Part shown: positions 58,838 through 64,000 of the stretch, piece by piece | Layout of the letters: the number at the start of each line of letters is the position of its first letter | Position numbering within the stretch: position 1 is the stretch's first letter | Assembly: GCA_944389785.1 (NCBI GenBank) | Contig: CALXNP010000001.1 | Coordinates: forward strand, 5,270 to 69,269 | DNA length: 64,000 nucleotides | Direction of reading: 5' to 3' | From: an uncultured Anaerobiospirillum sp. | Lineage (GTDB): Bacteria; Pseudomonadota; Gammaproteobacteria; Enterobacterales; Succinivibrionaceae | Made by a program: the position numbers and the translations under genes | The notes under the pieces: model-generated | Told to the model about the DNA's origin: nothing | The model's database searches: none | The model's input: only the letters and a program-made list of their open reading frames with translations

Positions 58838-60046
58838 ATGTCTGATATTACACTTAATAAAATTCCTTTGGAAAATAAACAGCATTCTTATAAAGATAAT
58901 TATTTAATCATGCTAGGTCATATGGCAGATGATCTCTGTCAAGGGTCGTTACCAGCTATTTTAGCTTTTATGTATAAAGATGGCGTTTTAACTAGTTACT
59001 CACAAATTGCTCTTTTAATTATGGTCTCAACTATTGTAAATGCTGTAGCTCAACCTCTTGTAGGTTTTTTATCAGATAAAAAACCTAGACCTTATCTTAT
59101 GACATTAGGTATGTGTGGTGCTGCTTTAGGTATTATGTTTTTAGGTGTTGTAGATAACTTTTACTTAATGCTAATTTTAGTTTCCATAAATGGTATCGGT
59201 GTAGCAACTTTTCACCCTGTTGCAGGTAAACTTGCTAATGTTTTTGCAGGAGAGCGTGTAGGTAAGGGTATGAGCATTTTTTCAGTAGGTGGTAATATAG
59301 GATATGCTATAGGTGCACTCTACTTTACATTTTTCTATAATTTTATAGGACTTACAGCTAGTTTGACTATAATTCTGCCAGCTTTAATAATGAGCTTTAT
59401 TTTTATCAAAAAAAATCGCTATTATTTAGTACACTTAAAAAAGCGTGAACGCAAAATTCAAAAGAAAGTTTTAAATAAAGAACTAGAAGATAATTATCTT
59501 GGTACCTTTATCCTTTTAATTTTAATCTTTTTTAGATCAGCTGCTATGTTTGGTATTACAACTTTCTTACCTCTATACTACTTAAACTATCTACAACAAG
59601 ATGAAAACTTCTCTAATATTACTATCAGTATAGTAGGTATTTGTGGTGCATTTGCAACTTTCTTTGGTGGCCCTTTAGCTGATAAATTTGGTTTTACTCA
59701 ATTTGTAAGAATTTGTAGTCTTTTATGCTTACCTTTTATATGCTTATTTTTAATTATTGATAATCCATATCTAGCCTTAATTGCACTTATGCCTTTTGCT
59801 TTCTTTTATTATGCGGCAATGTCACCTACTGTAGTTATTGGTCAAAAATTACTACCAAAACATATTGGTATGGCAACAGGTATTACTATAGGTTTGGGTA
59901 TTAGTTTTGGGGGTGTAGCATCACCTTTTTTAGGTTATCTTGGGCAAAACTACAATTTACATGTAACAATGATAGCCATTTCTATTTTTGTACTAGGTGC
60001 TTTTTTAATAAGCTTAATTGTACCTATTGTTAATAAACATAAATAA
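58838..60046 (+). CDS. MFS transporter, Fsr-like subfamily (paralogue of 1796-3010)
   Basis: It shares the family motif with the first MFS protein (QPLVGFLSDKKPRP versus QPFIGRYADKHPRP; FHPVAGK versus FHPEASR). 402 aa, polytopic. Confidence 0.8.
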   Translation: MSDITLNKIPLENKQHSYKDNYLIMLGHMADDLCQGSLPAILAFMYKDGVLTSYSQIALLIMVSTIVNAVAQPLVGFLSDKKPRPYLMTLGMCGAALGIMFLGVVDNFYLMLILVSINGIGVATFHPVAGKLANVFAGERVGKGMSIFSVGGNIGYAIGALYFTFFYNFIGLTASLTIILPALIMSFIFIKKNRYYLVHLKKRERKIQKKVLNKELEDNYLGTFILLILIFFRSAAMFGITTFLPLYYLNYLQQDENFSNITISIVGICGAFATFFGGPLADKFGFTQFVRICSLLCLPFICLFLIIDNPYLALIALMPFAFFYYAAMSPTVVIGQKLLPKHIGMATGITIGLGISFGGVASPFLGYLGQNYNLHVTMIAISIFVLGAFLISLIVPIVNKHK

Positions 60047-60109
60047 ATTTAAGAATAATTAAAGATATTTGAAACTTACTGCAAATGTGATATTTTAATT
60101 CTAATAAAA

Positions 60110-60138
60110 AAGGAAAGCTCTATTGTCTTTCCTTTTTT
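60110..60138. terminator. terminator between the convergent MFS gene and rpoD
   Basis: AAGGAAAG (60110-60117) pairs with CTTTCCTT (60127-60134), running into TTTTTT. Confidence 0.75.
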
Positions 60139-60161
60139 ATGTATATAGATTAAGTTAATAA

Positions 60162-62057
60162 TTAGTCTAGAAAGCCCTTTAACCCTTGTGATCTACATGG
60201 GTGACGTAACTTTCTTAAAGCTTTAGCTTCAATTTGACGTATTCTTTCACGTGTAACACCAAATTGTCTGCCAACTTCCTCTAAAGTATGATCAGATGAC
60301 ATTCCAATACCAAAGCGCATACGTAACACTTGAGCTTCACGTGGTGGCATTTCATCAAGCACACTATTAATAGCATGCTTTAGACTTTCAGATGTTGCAG
60401 CCTCTGCTGGTACTATAATTGAGCTATCTTCAATAAAATCTCCTAAATGAGAATCATCATCATCACCTACAGGAGTCTCAAGTGAAATAGGCTCTTTTGC
60501 TATCTTCATGACCTTACGAATTTTATCTTCAGGTAAGCCCATCTTAATAGCAAGTTCCTCTGGTGTTGGCTCGCGTCCTTTTTCCTGAAGCATTTGACGT
60601 GAAATACGATTGAGCTTGTTAATAGTTTCAATCATATGTACAGGAATACGAATAGTTCTTGCCTGATCAGCAATAGAGCGAGTAATAGCTTGACGTATCC
60701 ACCATGTAGCATAAGTTGAGAACTTATAACCACGACGATACTCAAACTTATCCACTGCCTTCATCAAGCCAATATTACCTTCTTGTATCAAATCTAAGAA
60801 TTGTAAACCACGATTGGTGTATTTTTTAGCTATAGAAATTACTAAACGTAAATTAGCCTCAACCATTTCCTTTTTAGCTTTTTTAGCCATGGCGTCACCC
60901 ATCATAACTCGACGAGATAACTCACGTAAGCGTGAAATGCTAAGACCAGTCTCATCTTCAATAACTAAAAGTGAATTAATACACTCTTCAATTTCAGGTC
61001 TACAAGCTTTAAATTTATTAACATATGGTTTTTTACTCTTTAAAGCCTTTTCATACCAACCTATATTAGATTCTTGATTTGAGTCTGTATAATAAGCTTT
61101 AAGCTCATCAATTCTCATACCACAACGATTAACAGCAATTTCACGAATGCGTCTATCTTGTCTCTTAACTCTATCCATCATATCTTGCATATGATGTAAT
61201 AAAGCTTCAAGCATTTGTGGTGTTAATCTAAAGGTTGAAAAAATATCTGCTAATTTTTCTAATTCAGACTTATACTTACGTTCACCTACAGCGCCTTTTT
61301 TCTTTTTTGCTGCTAAAACTTTGTCAAATTGTACTCTTAGCTCTGTGAACTTTTGAGCTACAAGCTCAGGATCAGGACCAGATTCACTATCATCCTCACT
61401 GCTACCATTACCATCTTCATCGTCATCTAAATCGTCAAGATTGACCTCAGTATTATCAGCATCTAAAGCATCTTCGTCTTTTATATCAACATCACTTAGC
61501 TCATCACTTTCTTCTAGTTGAGAGTCATCTTTTTTGCTGTCATGAGGATCAGAAAAACCAGATACAATATCTGATATCTTTATATCACTTTCTTCTTCTT
61601 GTGTTAAAGCGTAGCGTCTAAATAATTCCTCCATAGCTAAAGGATATTCTACTACACACAATTGTACATCAGCAGTGCCCCTTTCTATGCGTTTTGAGAT
61701 TTCAATCTCATCTTTTCGGGTTAATAGTGCAACATTACCCATTTCACGCATATACATACGCACTGGATCTGTAGTACGACCAATTTCAACACTACTATCT
61801 AATTGATTTGCTACAGTTTCAACATCTTCTTCTGCAGTTTGTGAGGCTTCATTAAGAAGAATATCATCAGGATCAGGAGGTGTCTCACAAACATTAATAC
61901 CCATATCTATAAAGGTTTGTATGAAGATTGATAATTGATCACCACTGATAATATCAGGTGGAATAAAATCATTTATCTCCTCAATAGTGAGATAACCTCT
62001 TTCTTTTCCTCTGGCTATTAATTGCTTAAATTCGGTACTAGCTGAACTATTATCCAT
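60162..62057 (-). CDS. rpoD: RNA polymerase primary sigma factor RpoD
   Basis: Regions 1.1 to 4.2 are present, including [27 protein letters not shown] and a C-terminal 4.2 HTH. It also has the acidic non-conserved insert. Confidence 0.97.
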   Translation of the reverse strand: MDNSSASTEFKQLIARGKERGYLTIEEINDFIPPDIISGDQLSIFIQTFIDMGINVCETPPDPDDILLNEASQTAEEDVETVANQLDSSVEIGRTTDPVRMYMREMGNVALLTRKDEIEISKRIERGTADVQLCVVEYPLAMEELFRRYALTQEEESDIKISDIVSGFSDPHDSKKDDSQLEESDELSDVDIKDEDALDADNTEVNLDDLDDDEDGNGSSEDDSESGPDPELVAQKFTELRVQFDKVLAAKKKKGAVGERKYKSELEKLADIFSTFRLTPQMLEALLHHMQDMMDRVKRQDRRIREIAVNRCGMRIDELKAYYTDSNQESNIGWYEKALKSKKPYVNKFKACRPEIEECINSLLVIEDETGLSISRLRELSRRVMMGDAMAKKAKKEMVEANLRLVISIAKKYTNRGLQFLDLIQEGNIGLMKAVDKFEYRRGYKFSTYATWWIRQAITRSIADQARTIRIPVHMIETINKLNRISRQMLQEKGREPTPEELAIKMGLPEDKIRKVMKIAKEPISLETPVGDDDDSHLGDFIEDSSIIVPAEAATSESLKHAINSVLDEMPPREAQVLRMRFGIGMSSDHTLEEVGRQFGVTRERIRQIEAKALRKLRHPCRSQGLKGFLD

Positions 62058-62125
62058 ATTAAAAAGATATCCGCTTAGTTAAAAAAATAAAGTTGCAGTG
62101 TTATATTATAACCTTTATAGACAAA

Positions 62126-62156
62126 AAGAGTAAGGGCCTGCCTTACTCTTTTTTTC
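62126..62156 (-). terminator. terminator after yebC
   Basis: AAGAGTAAGG (62126-62135) pairs with CCTTACTCTT (62141-62150), a 10-bp stem with T-runs on both strands. Confidence 0.75.
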
Positions 62157-62167
62157 TGATATAATTT

Positions 62168-62926
62168 TTAGTCTATTTTAACATCATCAGCTATAGATGC
62201 ATTATGATACACTTCCTGCACATCATCTAAATCTTCAAGTAAATCTATCATGCGCATAAATTTAACCGCATTATCACCATCTAATGCAGTCTCTGTAGAA
62301 GCAATTTGAGTAACTTGAGCGTTGCTAGGCTTGATATTAGCATCTTCAAAAGCTTGTGCTACATCTGCAAAAGCCTCAACTGAAGTGTAAATATCAATAG
62401 AACCATCATCATTAACAATGATATCATCAGCACCAGCTTCAAGACCAATTTCCATAGCTTGTTCTTCTGTAAGTATTGGCTTACCATTATCATCTACTAA
62501 AAAATTTAATACACCTCTTTTAGTAAATAAATATGATACAGAACCTGTAGTACCTAAATTACCACCAAATTTAGTAAAGCCATGTCTTACATCAGAAGCA
62601 GTGCGGTTTCTATTGTCTGTCATGCACTCAACCATAACAGCAACACCACCTACGCCATAACCCTCATACACAATGGTTTCAAGATCACTGCCTTCACCAC
62701 CGCCTACACCTCTATCAATAGCACGCTTAATAGTATCACGTGTCATATTTTGAGCTAAAGCTGATACTACTGCAGAACGCAAACGTGGATTTGAGCTTTC
62801 ATCTCCACCACCCATACGTGCTGCTGTTGTTATTTCTCTAATTAATTTAGTAAAAATCTTACCACGCTTGGCATCTTGTGCTGCTTTTCTAAAACGAATA
62901 TTAGCCCACTTAGAATGTCCTGCCAT
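62168..62926 (-). CDS. yebC: YebC/PmpR-family transcriptional regulator
   Basis: Canonical N-terminus [31 protein letters not shown] Shine-Dalgarno upstream. Confidence 0.92.
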   Translation of the reverse strand: MAGHSKWANIRFRKAAQDAKRGKIFTKLIREITTAARMGGGDESSNPRLRSAVVSALAQNMTRDTIKRAIDRGVGGGEGSDLETIVYEGYGVGGVAVMVECMTDNRNRTASDVRHGFTKFGGNLGTTGSVSYLFTKRGVLNFLVDDNGKPILTEEQAMEIGLEAGADDIIVNDDGSIDIYTSVEAFADVAQAFEDANIKPSNAQVTQIASTETALDGDNAVKFMRMIDLLEDLDDVQEVYHNASIADDVKID

Positions 62927-62941
62927 CTTTTACTCCCAAAA

Positions 62942-64000
62942 TTATTTCTCAAAATCATTACATGTAATTGCAAGTTCAGCTAAAGCTTCAGGACTTGCAA
63001 AGCTTGGTGCATCTGTCATTAAACAAGCTGCAGCTGTTGTCTTAGGGAAAGCAATTACATCACGTATATTATCTGTACCATTCAATAACATAGTTAGTCT
63101 ATCAAGACCAAAAGCTAAACCTGCATGTGGTGGAGCACCATAAGATAAAGCATCTAATAAGAAGCCAAATTTTTGTCTTTGCTCTTGCTCGCTAATACCT
63201 AAAACCTTAAATACAGCAGCTTGCATATTGCTATCAAAAATACGTACAGAACCACCACCAGATTCATAACCATTAACTACGATGTCATAAGCATCAGCAT
63301 ATACTGATAATGGATCTTGTACTAATTGCTCAGGTGTTACATTAGCAGGTGCAGTAAATGGATGGTGCATAGCACTTAAACCAGTTTCTTCTGTAACTTC
63401 AAACATAGGGAAGTTAATAACCCATAATGCACGATAGCCAGAATTTACTAAACCCATATCTTTAGCTGTTTGTAAGCGTAAAGCACCCATTACAGTTGAA
63501 ATCTTAGTAAATTCACCTGCTCCAATAAAGATAATATCTCCATCATTTGCACCAGTAAGCTCAATAGTCTTAAAGATTTCAGCCTCACCAACATGTTTAG
63601 CTATTGATGATTGTATACCTTCAAGTCCTTTACTCTTATCATTTACTTTAATATAGATAAGACCTGAAGCTCCTAGTTTTTTTACATAATCTGTATAGCC
63701 ATCAATCTCACGACGAGTGCACTTAGCACCACCAGCTACACATAAAGCTACAACTCTTTGACCTTTTGTAGTAGCAGGTTCACTTAAAACTTTAAAATTA
63801 CTATTAGCAAAAGCTTCACATACTGTAATAAGCTTGTTATCAATACGTAAATCTGGTTTATCAGAACCATAATTTAACATGGCTTCATCATAGCTTAATA
63901 CAGGTATCTCACCTAAATCATAATCTACAATTTCTTTAAATAAACCACGTAGTAACTGTTCCATAAGCTCACGTATATCTTGAGAACTCATAAATGAAGT
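62942..64000 (-). CDS. aspS: aspartate--tRNA ligase, C-terminal part (continues beyond the right edge)
   Basis: Class II aaRS motifs (FHHPFTAP-like [20 protein letters not shown]). The reading frame stays open to position 64000, so the M at 63991 in the track is internal. Confidence 0.93.
   Translation of the reverse strand, partial: TSFMSSQDIRELMEQLLRGLFKEIVDYDLGEIPVLSYDEAMLNYGSDKPDLRIDNKLITVCEAFANSNFKVLSEPATTKGQRVVALCVAGGAKCTRREIDGYTDYVKKLGASGLIYIKVNDKSKGLEGIQSSIAKHVGEAEIFKTIELTGANDGDIIFIGAGEFTKISTVMGALRLQTAKDMGLVNSGYRALWVINFPMFEVTEETGLSAMHHPFTAPANVTPEQLVQDPLSVYADAYDIVVNGYESGGGSVRIFDSNMQAAVFKVLGISEQEQRQKFGFLLDALSYGAPPHAGLAFGLDRLTMLLNGTDNIRDVIAFPKTTAAACLMTDAPSFASPEALAELAITCNDFEK

Noticed and set aside
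54908-63143. ORFs 54908-55090(+), 57330-57542(+), 60814-61077(+), 62418-62660(+) and 62868-63143(+)
   Set aside because: They are antisense to dnaK, grpE, rpoD, yebC and aspS.
1-64000. Search for CRISPR arrays, rRNA or tRNA genes, IS elements, integrases and prophage genes
   Set aside because: I found no regularly spaced direct repeats, no G/C-rich cloverleaf-like islands in intergenic regions (including after secG and upstream of rimP, where E. coli has tRNA genes), and no transposase- or integrase-like ORFs. Small RNAs cannot be excluded without covariance-model searches.

Overview
The window is a very AT-rich, densely coding chromosomal segment. Its gene content and order look gammaproteobacterial. 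I did not compute GC content and cannot name the organism. About 90% of it is conserved housekeeping sequence: tamA-tamB-hpt, a trpBA pair behind a Trp-codon leader and attenuator, serA, a class I DAHP synthase, xth, lctP-lutABC, rimP-nusA-infB-rbfA, rluB, zapA-ygfA, greA/yhbY/rlmE-ftsH-folP-glmM-secG, grpE, dnaK-dnaJ, bamE, rpoD, yebC and aspS. I recognised no rRNA gene, tRNA gene, CRISPR array, transposase or integrase by eye.

The clear accessory element is a tightly packed six-gene minus-strand operon at 28061-35386, lying between lutC and the rbfA end of the nusA-infB operon. Five of its products match, in family and in size, the Campylobacter jejuni Cj1415-Cj1419 enzymes that build the O-methyl phosphoramidate (MeOPN) donor: an APS-kinase-like kinase, a SAM methyltransferase, a PEP-utilising glutamine-kinase-like enzyme, a class I amidotransferase-like hydrolase and a nucleotidyltransferase. 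No capsule or glycosyltransferase genes are nearby. The sixth gene encodes a 795-aa protein with an N-terminal PD-ExK-like motif and a gamma-class NPPY N6-adenine methyltransferase core, which is Type IIG/MmeI-like architecture. An imperfect direct repeat flanks the operon. This coupling is my best candidate for an undescribed system.

Other points worth a second look:
- a hicAB module whose toxin C-terminus is frameshifted at an A7 run;
- TrpA-like and FolP-like proteins that seem to have lost canonical catalytic motifs;
- a perfect CRP-type palindrome between an acid phosphatase gene and a PiT transporter gene;
- textbook sigma-32 promoters upstream of grpE and dnaK.
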